A stretch of 59,106 nt of DNA from Clostridiales bacterium (GTDB lineage Bacteria > Bacillota > Clostridia > Christensenellales > Aristaeellaceae). The notes under the pieces are model-generated. The model saw only the letters and a list, made by a program, of their open reading frames with translations. It made no database searches and had not been told where the DNA came from. Shown in pieces: positions 34,723 to 44,928 of this stretch (the first letter of the stretch is position 1; every line of letters starts with the position of its first letter). The translations under genes and the position numbers were made by a program. The stretch lies in assembly GCA_004556985.1 (NCBI GenBank), contig SFFC01000003.1, positions 1-59,106 on the forward strand. The letters run 5' to 3'.

Positions 34723-35751
34723 ATGAGCAAGGTCAAGTTACTGACCGGCGGCCCCCTGCCGAACATTCCCTGGCAGGAGCGCCCCGAAAACGACAGGCAC
34801 GATGCGCCCGTCTGGCGCTATTCGGGAAACCCGGTCATCGCCCGCAACCCAGCGCCCGGCGTTGCGCGCATCTTCAACAGCGCGGTGTGTCCCTGGGAGG
34901 ACGGCTTCATCGCCGTGCTGCGCGGCGAGCAGGTCAACGGCGTGCCGCATATCTATCTGGGCCGCAGCGCCGACGGCATCCATTGGCAGGTTGACCCGCA
35001 GAAGATCCCCTTTGTCAACGAGCAGGGCGAGCCGTTCATGCCGCGCTACGCCTACGATCCGCGCCTTGTGAAGGTCGAGGATACCTACTACATGATGTGG
35101 TGCCAGGACTTCTACGGCGCGGCGATCGGCATGGCGAAGACGAAGGATTTCAAGACCTTCACCCGCATCGAAAACCCGTACATCCCCTTCAACCGCAACG
35201 CGGTGCTCTTCCCGCGCCGGGTGAACGGGCTGTATCAGCTGCTCTCCCGTCCGTCGGACAGCGGGCACACGCCCTTTGGCGACATCTGGCTGAGCCAGAG
35301 CCCGGATATGACCTTCTGGGGCAGGCACAGGCACGTCATGAGCAAGGGCGACAAGTGGTGGGAGTCCGTGAAGATTGGCGCGGGCGCGGCCCCGATTGAG
35401 ACGAGCGAGGGCTGGCTGCTGCTCTATCACGGCGTGTCGAGCACCTGCAACGGGCTGATCTACTCGATCGGCGGCGCGATCCTCGACATCGACGAGCCGT
35501 CCCGCGTGCTCTACCGCTGCGAGAACTTCCTGCTCACGCCGGAGGAGGAATACGAGGAGCGCGGCTTTGTGCCGGGCGTCTGCTTCCCCTGCGCGACGCT
35601 GCAGGACACGGACACCGGGCGCATCGCGATCTACTACGGCGCGGCGGATACGGTCGTGGGCCTGGCGTTCACGCAGGTGGACGAGTTGGTTGACTACATC
35701 AAGGCGCACAGCGTGACCTGCGAGACGGATACGGAGCCGGGCATCCGCTGA
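34723..35751 (+). CDS. GH130 beta-1,4-mannooligosaccharide phosphorylase (GH130_2-like)
   Basis: The track ORF begins at TTG 34717. ATG 34723 has GGAGG 9 nt upstream. About 340 aa with GH130 pattern NPVI..IFNSAV..DPRLV..YYMMW..NRNAVLFPR..GAGAAPIETSEGWLLLYHGV..YYGAADT. Confidence 0.85.
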   Translation: MSKVKLLTGGPLPNIPWQERPENDRHDAPVWRYSGNPVIARNPAPGVARIFNSAVCPWEDGFIAVLRGEQVNGVPHIYLGRSADGIHWQVDPQKIPFVNEQGEPFMPRYAYDPRLVKVEDTYYMMWCQDFYGAAIGMAKTKDFKTFTRIENPYIPFNRNAVLFPRRVNGLYQLLSRPSDSGHTPFGDIWLSQSPDMTFWGRHRHVMSKGDKWWESVKIGAGAAPIETSEGWLLLYHGVSSTCNGLIYSIGGAILDIDEPSRVLYRCENFLLTPEEEYEERGFVPGVCFPCATLQDTDTGRIAIYYGAADTVVGLAFTQVDELVDYIKAHSVTCETDTEPGIR

Positions 35752-35770
35752 GGTGCGAGGAGAGGGTAAG

Positions 35771-36835
35771 ATGAGCGGACTCCTGTGGGAAAAGGACATC
35801 AGGCAGGTGGAGCCTGCGCGGCTGCTGGGGCGGTTTGACCCGCGGCAGCCCGGCCTTGCGATGCACTGGACGGGCAGCGGCGTCGAGCTGCGCATCCGCT
35901 GCACGACGCTTGACATGGAGCTGGAAAGTGACTATGCTATGCAGAGCGCCTGGCTGGGCGTCATGGTCGATGGCGCGCCGGTCGCGCGCTTTGCCCTGGC
36001 GCGCGGGCGGCGGTTTTATACGCTGCTGGCGGGCATGGACGGGACCGTCGCGCACACCGTGACCATCGTGCGCGATACGCAGCCCGTCCTGGAGGACGAG
36101 CGCCTCTTCGTGCGCGCATACAGGATCCGGTCGGACGGCGAGCTGCTCGAGCCCGAAAGGCGGGCGCTTTCCATCGAGTTCATCGGCAACAGCCTGACCA
36201 GCGGCGAGGGTCTCATTGGCCCGAGGGACGCGATGGAATGGCGCACGATCTGGCTCAGCGGCATGGAAAGCTTTGCGATGGAGGTCTGCCGCAGGATGAA
36301 CGCTCAGGGTCGCTGGCTCTCCCAGAGCGGCTGGGGCGCCTATTGGAGCTGGGACGGGAACCGCGAAAACCGGCTCCCGCGCATCTACGACGCCGTCTGC
36401 GCGGTGGAGCGCGGCGGCGAAGCGCCCTATGACTTTGAGCAGAACCCCGTCGACGCCGTGGTGCTCAACGTCGGCACGAACGACGCCTCGGCCCTCTCGC
36501 GGCTTGAGGGCGGGGAGAGGGAGCGGGCGGCCGCGGCCATCCGCGCGGCGGCGGTCGATTTCCTTCGGCAAATCCGCCGCCGGAACCCGGAGGCGGTCAT
36601 CCTGTGGGCCTACGGCATGTGCGGCGGCGACATCGCGCCGCTGCTGCGCAGCGCCGTTCAGGAGGTCCGCCACTCGGGCGACAGGCGGGTCGGCTATGTG
36701 CAGCTGCCGCCGTGCCCGGAAAAGGGGCTTGGCTCGCGCGCGCATCCCGGAAGGGGCAACCATATCAGCGCGGCGCTGGCCGTGACGAGGCGGCTGAAGC
36801 AGGCGCTTTCAGAACAGAGAGGAGCGAAGGCTTGA
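35771..36835 (+). CDS. SGNH/GDSL acetyl esterase with N-terminal beta-sandwich (CE2-like)
   Basis: ORF 35753..36835 trimmed to ATG 35771 (GAGGAGAGG RBS). SGNH block I reads IEFIGNSLTSGEG, followed by VVLNVGTNDAS. The N-terminal ~140 aa are non-catalytic, as in the CE2 layout. Confidence 0.75.
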   Translation: MSGLLWEKDIRQVEPARLLGRFDPRQPGLAMHWTGSGVELRIRCTTLDMELESDYAMQSAWLGVMVDGAPVARFALARGRRFYTLLAGMDGTVAHTVTIVRDTQPVLEDERLFVRAYRIRSDGELLEPERRALSIEFIGNSLTSGEGLIGPRDAMEWRTIWLSGMESFAMEVCRRMNAQGRWLSQSGWGAYWSWDGNRENRLPRIYDAVCAVERGGEAPYDFEQNPVDAVVLNVGTNDASALSRLEGGERERAAAAIRAAAVDFLRQIRRRNPEAVILWAYGMCGGDIAPLLRSAVQEVRHSGDRRVGYVQLPPCPEKGLGSRAHPGRGNHISAALAVTRRLKQALSEQRGAKA

Positions 36836-36836
36836 C

Positions 36837-38537
36837 ATGCAGATGAGGGAAGAGGCCCTGAGGCGGGCCGAAATCTTTGCCGAGGGCGAGGGCTTTGACG
36901 CGCAGACGCGCCGCGAGGCGCAGGAGATTGCGCGCGACGGGGAGCGGCTGCTTGCCTGCTTTGGCAGCGAGCTGGCGTTTGGCACGGGCGGCCTGCGCGG
37001 CATCCTCGGCGTTGGCACGGCGCGGATGAACCGCTATGTCGTCGCGCGCGCGACACAGGGCCTGGCGGACTACCTGCGCAGCACTGGCGGCCGGAGCGTC
37101 GCCATCGCGTATGACTCGCGCCTGTGCTCGAAGGAATTCGCGCAGACGGCGGCGGGCGTGCTCGCAGGCAACGGCCTGACGGCGCATGTGTACGACAGGC
37201 TGATGCCCACGCCGATGCTCTCCTTCGCGGTGCGGGAGCTCTCCTGCGACGCCGGCATCGTCGTGACCGCGAGCCACAATCCGGCGCAGTACAACGGCTA
37301 CAAGGTCTACGGCAGCGACGGCTGCCAGATCACCGAGGAGGCCGCCGCAGCCATCACGGCGCGCATTCAGGCGGTCGCCTACGGGCAGGCGCAGGCGATG
37401 GAGGAGGGGCAGGCGCGCGCGCTCGGCCTCTGGCGGGACATTCCGCAGGCCGTGTTTGACGCCTTTGTCGAGAGGACGCTGTCCCGCCGCGTGAACCCGG
37501 GCGTCACGGCGCCGCTTGCGCTCGTCTACACGCCGCTGCACGGCACGGGGCTGGAGCCCGTGCGCGCGGTGCTTGACCGCATGGCGGGCGTGCATCGCAT
37601 CGAGGTCGAGGCCCAGTGCGTGCCGGACGGCCATTTCCCGACCTGCCCCAAGCCCAACCCTGAGCTGCGCGAGGCGCTCTCCCTGGGCCTTGCGCTGGCG
37701 CAGGAGAAGGGGGCGGACCTGCTCGTCGCGACCGACCCGGACAGCGACCGCGTGGGCGTGGCCGTGCGCCGGGGCGACGGCAGCTACGGCGTGCTGACCG
37801 GCAACGAGGTCGGCCTGCTGCTCATGCAGCACATCCTGCGCGCGAGAAGGGACAACGGCACGCTGCCGGAGCGCCCCGTCGTCGTCAAGACGATCGTCAC
37901 CAGCGACCTCGCGTTTGCCATCGCGGCGGACTACGGCGCCGAGGTGCGCGAGTGCCTGACGGGCTTCAAGTACATCGGCGAGATCATCGGCCGTCTGGAG
38001 GCGGCGGGCGAGGCGGAGCGCTACGTCTTCGGCTTCGAGGAGAGCTGCGGCTACCTGGCCGGCACGCACGTGCGCGACAAGGACGGCGTCATGGCCTGCA
38101 TGCTCGTCGCCGAGATGGCGCAGACGGCCGCGTCGCAGGGCCGCACGCTCGCGGACGAGCTCGATGCGCTCTACGCGCGCTACGGCTGTATGGAAAACCG
38201 GCTGCTGAACTTCGACATCGCGGGCGCGGTGCCGATGGAGACGATGCGCGCCGTGATGGCGAGGCTGCGCAAAAATCCGGTGGAGGTGCTCGCGGGCAGC
38301 GCAGTTTCGACCTTCAAGGACTACGCGCAGGGCATCGAGGGCCTGCCCATGAGCGACGTGCTCAGCTGCGCGACGGCGGACGGGAAAAAGGCGATCGTCC
38401 GCCCGAGCGGCACGGAGCCCAAGGTCAAGGTCTACCTGAGCGCGCGGGCGGCGTCGCGCGAGGCAGCGCGCGCGGCGCTCGACGCGATGGAGCGCGAATG
38501 GCGCGCGCGGATACTGGAGGAGGATGCCCATGCGTGA
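36837..38537 (+). CDS. Phospho-sugar mutase (phosphomannomutase/phosphoglucomutase family)
   Basis: Active-site loop TASHNPAQYNGYKVY, metal loop ATDPDSDRVG, sugar-binding loop GFEESCGY. Confidence 0.9.
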   Translation: MQMREEALRRAEIFAEGEGFDAQTRREAQEIARDGERLLACFGSELAFGTGGLRGILGVGTARMNRYVVARATQGLADYLRSTGGRSVAIAYDSRLCSKEFAQTAAGVLAGNGLTAHVYDRLMPTPMLSFAVRELSCDAGIVVTASHNPAQYNGYKVYGSDGCQITEEAAAAITARIQAVAYGQAQAMEEGQARALGLWRDIPQAVFDAFVERTLSRRVNPGVTAPLALVYTPLHGTGLEPVRAVLDRMAGVHRIEVEAQCVPDGHFPTCPKPNPELREALSLGLALAQEKGADLLVATDPDSDRVGVAVRRGDGSYGVLTGNEVGLLLMQHILRARRDNGTLPERPVVVKTIVTSDLAFAIAADYGAEVRECLTGFKYIGEIIGRLEAAGEAERYVFGFEESCGYLAGTHVRDKDGVMACMLVAEMAQTAASQGRTLADELDALYARYGCMENRLLNFDIAGAVPMETMRAVMARLRKNPVEVLAGSAVSTFKDYAQGIEGLPMSDVLSCATADGKKAIVRPSGTEPKVKVYLSARAASREAARAALDAMEREWRARILEEDAHA

Positions 38538-39705
38538 GATGACGCAGGAGATTCGGGAGCACCTCACTGCGGTGCTCCTCCCGTTCTGGAAGGGCCTGCG
38601 CGACGAGGCGAACGGCGGCTACGCGGGCTATGTGGGCTACGACCTCGTGCCCGACTTCGGCGCGGTCAAGGGCTGCATCCTGAACAGCCGCATCCTCTGG
38701 TTCTTCTCGCAGGCGGCGATGACGCTCAAGGACGAAACGCTTCTGCCCTACGCGCGCCACGCCTACGACATGCTCTGCCGGATGACGGACGTCAAAAACG
38801 GCGGCGTCTACTGGTCGGTCAATGCCGACGGTACGGTCTGCGACGGCACGAAGCACACCTACAACCAGGCGTTTGCGATCTATGCGCTCTCGGCGTATGC
38901 CAAGGCCAGCGGCTGCCGCGGCGCGCTGGAGAAGGCGACGGCGCTCTTTGATGTCGTTGAGGCGCGCTGCACGGACGAGCTGGGTTATCTGGAGGCGTTC
39001 ACGGCGGACTGGAAGCCCGAGAGCAATGAGAAGCTCAGCGAGAACGGCGTCATGGCGGAAAAGACCATGAACACGCTGCTGCATGTGCTGGAGGGCTACA
39101 CGGAGCTCTACCGCGTCGGCGGCGACGCGCGCGTGCGCGAGCGGCTTGTTTTCATCCTGAACGTGCTGGAAAAGCACATCTACAACCCGGAAAAACGCCG
39201 GCAGGAGGTCTTCTTCGACCGGACGTATCACACGCTGATCGACCTTCACAGCTACGGCCACGACATTGAGACCTCCTGGCTGGCGGACAGGACGCTCGCC
39301 GTGCTCGGCGACGACGCGCTGACCGCGCGCATCCGCCCGCTGCTGATGGCGATGGCGGAGGAAACCCTGGAAAAGGCCTTCACCGACCACGGCTTTGCCA
39401 ACGAGTGCGAGCGCGGCAGGGTCGATACGACGCGCGTCTGGTGGGTGCAGGCGGAAGCGCTGGTCGGCTTCCTCAACGCATACCAGAGGACGGGCGAAGC
39501 AAAGTTCCTGGAGGCGGCGCGCAGCCAGTGGCGCTACATCCGCGACGTCATCGCCGACAGGCGGCCGGGCGGAGAGTGGTACTGGTGCGTGCGCGAGGAC
39601 GGCACGCCCATCGAAAAGCCCATCGTCGAGCCCTGGAAATGCCCCTATCACAATGGACGCATGGCCTTTGAGGTCATCGAAAGGAGCAGACATGCGCAGC
39701 TATGA
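38524..39705 (+). CDS. AGE-superfamily 2-epimerase (cellobiose/mannobiose 2-epimerase-like)
   Basis: N-acylglucosamine 2-epimerase family pattern (LPFWKG..GGY.., [47 protein letters not shown]). Overlaps both neighbouring genes. Confidence 0.85.
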   Translation: MPMREMTQEIREHLTAVLLPFWKGLRDEANGGYAGYVGYDLVPDFGAVKGCILNSRILWFFSQAAMTLKDETLLPYARHAYDMLCRMTDVKNGGVYWSVNADGTVCDGTKHTYNQAFAIYALSAYAKASGCRGALEKATALFDVVEARCTDELGYLEAFTADWKPESNEKLSENGVMAEKTMNTLLHVLEGYTELYRVGGDARVRERLVFILNVLEKHIYNPEKRRQEVFFDRTYHTLIDLHSYGHDIETSWLADRTLAVLGDDALTARIRPLLMAMAEETLEKAFTDHGFANECERGRVDTTRVWWVQAEALVGFLNAYQRTGEAKFLEAARSQWRYIRDVIADRRPGGEWYWCVREDGTPIEKPIVEPWKCPYHNGRMAFEVIERSRHAQL

Positions 39706-40867
39706 GCAGATCGAGGCGCAGTATGAAGCGCTGATCGCACAGAAGAACGCCATCGACACCCGCTATGAAAACGGCATCTACGACCGCTGGGTGAACCCCG
39801 TGCTGACCCGTGCGCATGTGCCGCCCTTCTGGTGCTACGACCCGAACCCGGAGACGAACCCCTTCATGATGCAGCGCCTGGGCATCAACGCGGCGTTCAA
39901 CAGCGGCGCGCTGATGGTGGACGGAAAATACACGCTCGTGGCGCGCGTGGAGGGCGCAGACAGGAAGAGCTTCTTTGCCGTCGCGCAGAGCGACAGCGGC
40001 GTGGAGGGCTTCCGCTTCTGGGACAAGCCCATCCTCCTGCCGGACACCTGCCCGGAGGAGACGAACGTCTACGACATGCGCCTCACGCAGCACGAGGACG
40101 GCTGGATTTACGGCGTCTTCTGCTCCGAGAGCAAGGATCGCAGCGTAAACGACCTCTCCGCGGCGGTCGCGGCGGCGGGCATCGTGCGCACCAGGGACCT
40201 CAAAACCTGGGAGCGCCTGCCCAACCTGCGCACGCTGCATTCCCCGCAGCAGCGCAACGTCGTGCTCCATCCCGAGTTCGTGAACGGCGAGTATGCCTTC
40301 TACACCCGCCCGATGGACGATTTCATCGAGACGGGCAGCGGTGGCGGCATCGGCTTTGGCCTGTGCGCCGACATCACGAATGCCGTCATCGACGAGGAGC
40401 GCATGACCTCCATCCGCCGCTATCACACCATCACCGAGAGCAAGAACGGCGCGGGCGCGGTGCCGATCAAAACCGACCGGGGCTGGATTCACATCGCGCA
40501 CGGCGTGCGCAACACGGCGGCGGGCCTGCGCTACGTCATCTATGCGTTTGCGACGGCACTTGACGATCCCGCGCGCGTGATCGCGGAGCCGGGCGGCTAC
40601 CTCATCGCCCCGATGGGCGGCGAGCGCGTGGGCGACGTGGGCAACGTCGTCTTCACCAACGGCGCGATCGCCGCGCCCGACGGGCAGGTCTACATCTACT
40701 ACGCCTCGAGCGACACGCGCCTGCACGTGGCGACGACGACGGTCGAGCGGCTGGTCGATTACGTCTTTAACACCCCGGCCGACCCGCTTCGCAGCGTCGA
40801 CTGCGTCAGGCAGCGCTGCGACTTCATCGACCGGAACCTGGCCTACCTGCGCGGAAGGAAGGGATAA
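39692..40867 (+). CDS. GH130 4-O-beta-D-mannosyl-D-glucose phosphorylase (GH130_1-like)
   Basis: ORF 39395..40867 trimmed to ATG 39692 (AAGGAG RBS). About 390 aa with an N-terminal helix, [64 protein letters not shown]. Confidence 0.85.
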   Translation: MRSYEQIEAQYEALIAQKNAIDTRYENGIYDRWVNPVLTRAHVPPFWCYDPNPETNPFMMQRLGINAAFNSGALMVDGKYTLVARVEGADRKSFFAVAQSDSGVEGFRFWDKPILLPDTCPEETNVYDMRLTQHEDGWIYGVFCSESKDRSVNDLSAAVAAAGIVRTRDLKTWERLPNLRTLHSPQQRNVVLHPEFVNGEYAFYTRPMDDFIETGSGGGIGFGLCADITNAVIDEERMTSIRRYHTITESKNGAGAVPIKTDRGWIHIAHGVRNTAAGLRYVIYAFATALDDPARVIAEPGGYLIAPMGGERVGDVGNVVFTNGAIAAPDGQVYIYYASSDTRLHVATTTVERLVDYVFNTPADPLRSVDCVRQRCDFIDRNLAYLRGRKG

Positions 40868-40868
40868 C

Positions 40869-42335
40869 ATGCTGCGTCTGGCAGCGGTTTTTGGCGAGCA
40901 CATGGTGCTCCAGCAGGGCAAGCCCATCGCCGTCTTCGGCGAGGCGGACGGCCCTGTGGTCATCACGCTGGCACAGCACAGCGTTACGGCGGCGTGCGAG
41001 GACGGACGGTTCCTCGCACGCCTGCCAGCGCTTGCCGCGGGCGGGCCGTACACGCTGACGGCCCGGTGCGGGCATGAGAGCGTGGCCCTGGACGACGTGA
41101 TGGTCGGCGAGGTCTGGCTGTGCGGCGGGCAGTCGAACATGGAGTTCCGCCTGCGCGACGAGCGGCACTACGCCGAGGCCGACGCGATGCAGGACAGCCG
41201 CGTGCGCTTTTATGAGGTGCCGCAGGCCGCTACCATGCACGAAGCGGAGGCGCTTGAGCGTGGCTGCGTGTGGACGCCGCTTGCGCCCGGCGCATGCGCG
41301 GACGTCTCGGCGGTGGCGTTCTATGCGGCGCGGGCACTGGCGCAGCGGCTGAACGTCGCCGTAGGCATGATCGTCTGCTGCATCGGCGGCACATCCGCCA
41401 GCTGCTGGATGAGCCGGGAGACGCTCTCCGCCTTCCCCGAGGGGCAGGCGTACCTGACGGAGTTTGAGCAGCACGTCGCGGGCAAGACGGACGAGCAGTT
41501 TGCGCGGGAGAGCGCGGCCTATCAGCGCGAGGTGGACAGATGGAACGCCGCTGTCGCCGCGCTCAAGGCGGAGAAGCCGGAAATCTCCTTTGCGGAGATC
41601 ACGGAGCGCGCCGGGGCCTTCCCCTGGCCGCCGCCGTGGGGGCGCACGATGCTGCGCCGGCCGGCCGGGCCGTTTGAGACGATGCTCTCGCGCGTCGCGC
41701 CGTATACGCTGCGCGGCTTTCTGTTCTATCAGGGCGAGCAGGATTCGCCGCCCACCCGCGCAGGCGGCTATGCGGCGATGCTGTCGGCGTTGATCGCGCA
41801 GTGGCGCGCGCTGTTTGAGGATGAAACGCTCTTCTTCGCGGCGGCGCAGCTCCCGCGCTTCGGGGTGGAGCCGGATGCCGAGGATTGGCCGGCCATCCGT
41901 GCGGCGCAGCAGACTGTCATCGACGCGACGGACAACGCCGCGCTGGCCTGCCTGCTCGACTGCGGCGAGCGCGACAATGTGCATCCCACGGACAAGCGGA
42001 CGCCCGGCGCGCATCTGGCGGCGCTGGCGCTTCGCCACGCTTATGGGCAGGCTGTCCCGGCGGATGGGCCGCGCCTTGTGCGCGCGGCGCGGGACGGCAG
42101 CAGCCTGATGCTGGAATTTTCCGGCGCGCTGAGGGAGCAGCCGGCGCTGATGCAGGCGCTTGAGATCGGGGGCGCCCGCCTGCGCGATGCGCGGGTCGAG
42201 GGATGCCGCTGCATGCTCGATCTGGAGGCTCTGCAGGAGAGCGTCCGCGTGCGCTATGCGCAGGCAAACTGGTTTGAGCCTGTCCTCATGGGTGAAAACG
42301 GGCTTCCGGTCTTCCCGTTTGACGTGAAGGCTTGA
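40869..42335 (+). CDS. SASA/DUF303-type carbohydrate acetylesterase (CE17-like by context)
   Basis: GEVWLCGGQSNM catalytic-Ser block typical of the sialate-O-acetylesterase-like fold. No signal peptide. Sits within the mannan operon. Confidence 0.75.
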   Translation: MLRLAAVFGEHMVLQQGKPIAVFGEADGPVVITLAQHSVTAACEDGRFLARLPALAAGGPYTLTARCGHESVALDDVMVGEVWLCGGQSNMEFRLRDERHYAEADAMQDSRVRFYEVPQAATMHEAEALERGCVWTPLAPGACADVSAVAFYAARALAQRLNVAVGMIVCCIGGTSASCWMSRETLSAFPEGQAYLTEFEQHVAGKTDEQFARESAAYQREVDRWNAAVAALKAEKPEISFAEITERAGAFPWPPPWGRTMLRRPAGPFETMLSRVAPYTLRGFLFYQGEQDSPPTRAGGYAAMLSALIAQWRALFEDETLFFAAAQLPRFGVEPDAEDWPAIRAAQQTVIDATDNAALACLLDCGERDNVHPTDKRTPGAHLAALALRHAYGQAVPADGPRLVRAARDGSSLMLEFSGALREQPALMQALEIGGARLRDARVEGCRCMLDLEALQESVRVRYAQANWFEPVLMGENGLPVFPFDVKA

Positions 42336-42355
42336 AGGACGAAGGGAGAAGGAAT

Positions 42356-43321
42356 ATGAAATTGACGCCGATCAAGATGACGCCGGCCTTCCGCTTCGGC
42401 AGCGCGACGCCGTGGGGCGGCGAGGGGCTGCGGGCGTTTGGCAAGGCGATTCCTGACGCGCGCACGGGCGAGAGCCTCGAGGTGTCCGTCCTGCCCGGGC
42501 TGGAGAGCCGGGACGACGCGGGCCGCACGCTGACGGCGCTGCTTGAGGAGCACGGCGAGGCAATGCGCGGCACGCAGGTGGGCGAGACCTTCCCGCTGCT
42601 GCTCAAGCTGATCAGCGCGCGGGAGATGCTCTCCGTGCAGGTGCACCCGGACGACGCCTACGCGCATGCGCACGAGGGAGGCAAGCTGGGCAAGACGGAG
42701 GCCTGGGTGATCCTCGCGGCCGAGCCCGGCTCGCAGATCGTCTACGGCATCCGCGAGGGCGTGACGCGCGAGCAGCTGGCGCAGGCCTGCCAAAGCGGCG
42801 GCGCAGCCGTGCAGGCCTGCCTCAACCGCGTGGCCGTGCAGCCGGGCGAGGTCTACTACATCCCGGCGGGCATGGTGCATGCGCTGGGCGGCGGCATCAC
42901 GCTGATGGAAATTCAGCAGTCGAGCGATGTGACCTATCGTTTTTACGACTGGGACCGCGTCGACGCGCAGGGCCGCAGCCGCGAGCTGCACATCCAAAAG
43001 GGGCTCGACGTGACCGACGTCACGCTGCATCTTCCGGTCTGTGCCGGGAAGACGCGTCCCTGCGCCGGCGGACAGCGCACGACGTACATCGATGAGCGCG
43101 CGTTTACGCTGGAGCGCTGGCAGGCGCAGGGAGAGATGCCGCTCCCGCAGACGCCGGAGCACTTCTCGCTCCTTTGCGCGCTGGGCGAGGGAACGCTCGC
43201 CTGGGACGGCGGAGAGATGAAGCTGCGCGCCGGGGACTGCGTGTTCCTGCCCGCGCAGATGGAGCAGACGACGCTGTGCGGCGCGCTGGACGCGCTGGTC
43301 TGCTGGCCGGGCAGGAAATGA
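42356..43321 (+). CDS. manA: Mannose-6-phosphate isomerase, class I
   Basis: ORF 42332..43321 trimmed to ATG 42356 (GGGAGAAGG RBS). Zn-site motifs LSVQVHPDD, KTEAWVIL and YYIPAGMVHALG. Confidence 0.85.
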   Translation: MKLTPIKMTPAFRFGSATPWGGEGLRAFGKAIPDARTGESLEVSVLPGLESRDDAGRTLTALLEEHGEAMRGTQVGETFPLLLKLISAREMLSVQVHPDDAYAHAHEGGKLGKTEAWVILAAEPGSQIVYGIREGVTREQLAQACQSGGAAVQACLNRVAVQPGEVYYIPAGMVHALGGGITLMEIQQSSDVTYRFYDWDRVDAQGRSRELHIQKGLDVTDVTLHLPVCAGKTRPCAGGQRTTYIDERAFTLERWQAQGEMPLPQTPEHFSLLCALGEGTLAWDGGEMKLRAGDCVFLPAQMEQTTLCGALDALVCWPGRK

Positions 43322-43519
43322 TTTCGTTTTCGGAGCTGGAGCCGTCAGCGCGAAGCGAAGAAGGAGTTTGGGGATGAAATCCCCAAGCAGGTTTGGGCGA
43401 CAGCCCAACGTGCTTCCCGATGGAGAAGCCATTCTGTAAAGGCAATCAGGGAGCGAAGCGTTACCTGACGGGGATATTCCCTGAATGGATTTGCAATCAG
43501 AAGAGATTTAAAAATGCAC

Positions 43520-43558
43520 GTCCCCGACACCGGACATCGGTGTCGGGGACGCGCGTTT
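43520..43558. terminator. Bidirectional intrinsic terminator between convergent genes
   Basis: 13-bp perfect stem GTCCCCGACACCG / CGGTGTCGGGGAC with a 5-nt loop, preceded by AAAAA and followed by GCGCGTTTTA. Confidence 0.7.
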
Positions 43559-43566
43559 TATGGCAT

Positions 43567-44559
43567 TTATTGCTCAAACGGATACCGGACGCCCCACTGG
43601 GCGCGCAACGCATCCATCAGCTCGAGGACGCGCAGCGTCTCCGCATGCGGCATCTCCGGGCATTCGAGCTCGCCGCGCTCGAGCGCGCGCAGGCAGGCGC
43701 GCACCTCGTATTCGTAGCCCGTGATCTGCGGGGGAACGGGGAAGGCCCGCGGCGAGGTGAAGCCGTCGTCCTGCGTGAAGAGCTCGATTCTCCGAATGTT
43801 GTTGACATTGTCCGTGACGACATAGCCCTTGCTGCCGCTGATCAGGCAGCGGCGGTCGCAGCGGCTGCCCATCCCGGCGCTGAGCACGGCCATGCGCCCG
43901 TCGGCGAAGTAGAGGGTGAAGCTCTCCTGATAGTCGACGCCCGCGTCGGTCAGCTCCGCGCTGCTCTCGATGCGAACGGGATCGCTGCCGAACATCATGC
44001 AGGCGAAGTTGAGCGGGTAGACGCCCACGTCCAGCAGCGCGCCGCCGGCCAGCTCGGGGCGGATCAGCCGCGGCACATCGTCGATGGGGTAGAAGAGGCT
44101 CGCGGAGAGCATTTTGATGTCGCCCAGCACGCCGCTGTCCATGATCTCCCGAAGGATCTGCCGGGAGGGCATGTAGCGCGTCCAGATGGCTTCCGTGACG
44201 AGCACGCGCTTCTCCTTCGCCAGCGCGAAGACCTCACGGGCCTGCTGCGCGTTGGCGGTAAAGCTCTTTTCGCACAGGACGGCCTTGCCATGCGCGATGC
44301 AGAGCTTCATGTGCTCGGCATGATGGGAATGCGGCGTGGCGACGTACACCAGGTCGACCTTGTCGTCGCGCAGCATCTCCTCGTAGGAGCCGTAGGCGAC
44401 CTCGAAGCCCTCGCTTTTCGCGAAGGCCTGCGCGCGGGAAAGGTCGCGCGCGGCGACGGCGTAGAGACAGACGCTCTCGCCCTGCGCCTTCATGCCGCGC
44501 AGGGTCTCGGCCATGGCCAGGGCGATCTTGCCCGCGCCGAGAATGGCGATATGGGTCAT
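43567..44559 (-). CDS. Gfo/Idh/MocA family oxidoreductase
   Basis: GAGAGGAGGAA RBS. Rossmann start MTHIAILGAGKIA, EK motif VLCEKSF, and a C-terminal alpha/beta domain. Confidence 0.9.
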   Translation of the reverse strand: MTHIAILGAGKIALAMAETLRGMKAQGESVCLYAVAARDLSRAQAFAKSEGFEVAYGSYEEMLRDDKVDLVYVATPHSHHAEHMKLCIAHGKAVLCEKSFTANAQQAREVFALAKEKRVLVTEAIWTRYMPSRQILREIMDSGVLGDIKMLSASLFYPIDDVPRLIRPELAGGALLDVGVYPLNFACMMFGSDPVRIESSAELTDAGVDYQESFTLYFADGRMAVLSAGMGSRCDRRCLISGSKGYVVTDNVNNIRRIELFTQDDGFTSPRAFPVPPQITGYEYEVRACLRALERGELECPEMPHAETLRVLELMDALRAQWGVRYPFEQ

Positions 44560-44732
44560 GGGAAGGTTCCTCCTCTCTGAAATTCAGAAATCCGGACAAG
44601 GCGCCTGCCTTGTGCGCAGCAGACAGGGCGCCCAAAGGAAACGCCGGAAGCGGGGCGGCAGCGTGCCGCCAGGGCCAGTATACCACAGCGCAGGCGGGGA
44701 GAAAAGGAGGATTCTGCCGGAAACGGAAAATC

Positions 44733-44835
44733 CATCAAAACCGGCATGATGCCGGTTGCATTTCCGACCAAGTGATGCAAGTCCCATGGCTTTGAGGCCG
44801 AGTCCGAAGCTTTGCAGAGAGACTTTCAGCGTAAA
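44733..44835 (-). repeat. 103-nt conserved element, copy B
   Basis: Its reverse complement is 99/103 identical to 16826-16928, with the 3' 74 nt identical. It points toward the Gfo/Idh/MocA gene, whose ATG is 174 nt downstream on the minus strand. Confidence 0.8.
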
Positions 44836-44850
44836 GATGGAAAAAAGCCC

Positions 44851-44879
44851 TTGACATCGCCGCTGCGGCTGATTATAAT
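44851..44879 (+). promoter_or_regulatory. Consensus promoter of the LacI(MalR-like)-GH13 unit
   Basis: TTGACA (44851-44856), 17-nt spacer, TATAAT (44874-44879). Confidence 0.7.
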
Positions 44880-44886
44880 GAAATCA

Positions 44887-44900
44887 TGCAAGCGGTTGCA
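44887..44900. promoter_or_regulatory. LacI/MalR-type operator O1
   Basis: TGCAAGCGGTTGCA (arms TGCAA/TTGCA, CG centre), starting 8 nt after the -10. Confidence 0.6.
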
Positions 44901-44928
44901 CCAAGGAAGGAAAGAGGAGGGGCTTCGC

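Noticed and set aside
43322-43518. About 200 nt of non-coding spacer after manA with several small hairpins (GGGGAT-GAA-ATCCCC, TTGGGC-GACA-GCCCAA). Possible sRNA or gene remnant.
   Set aside because: No promoter, no conservation signal within the window, and no coding potential. It cannot be supported from sequence alone.
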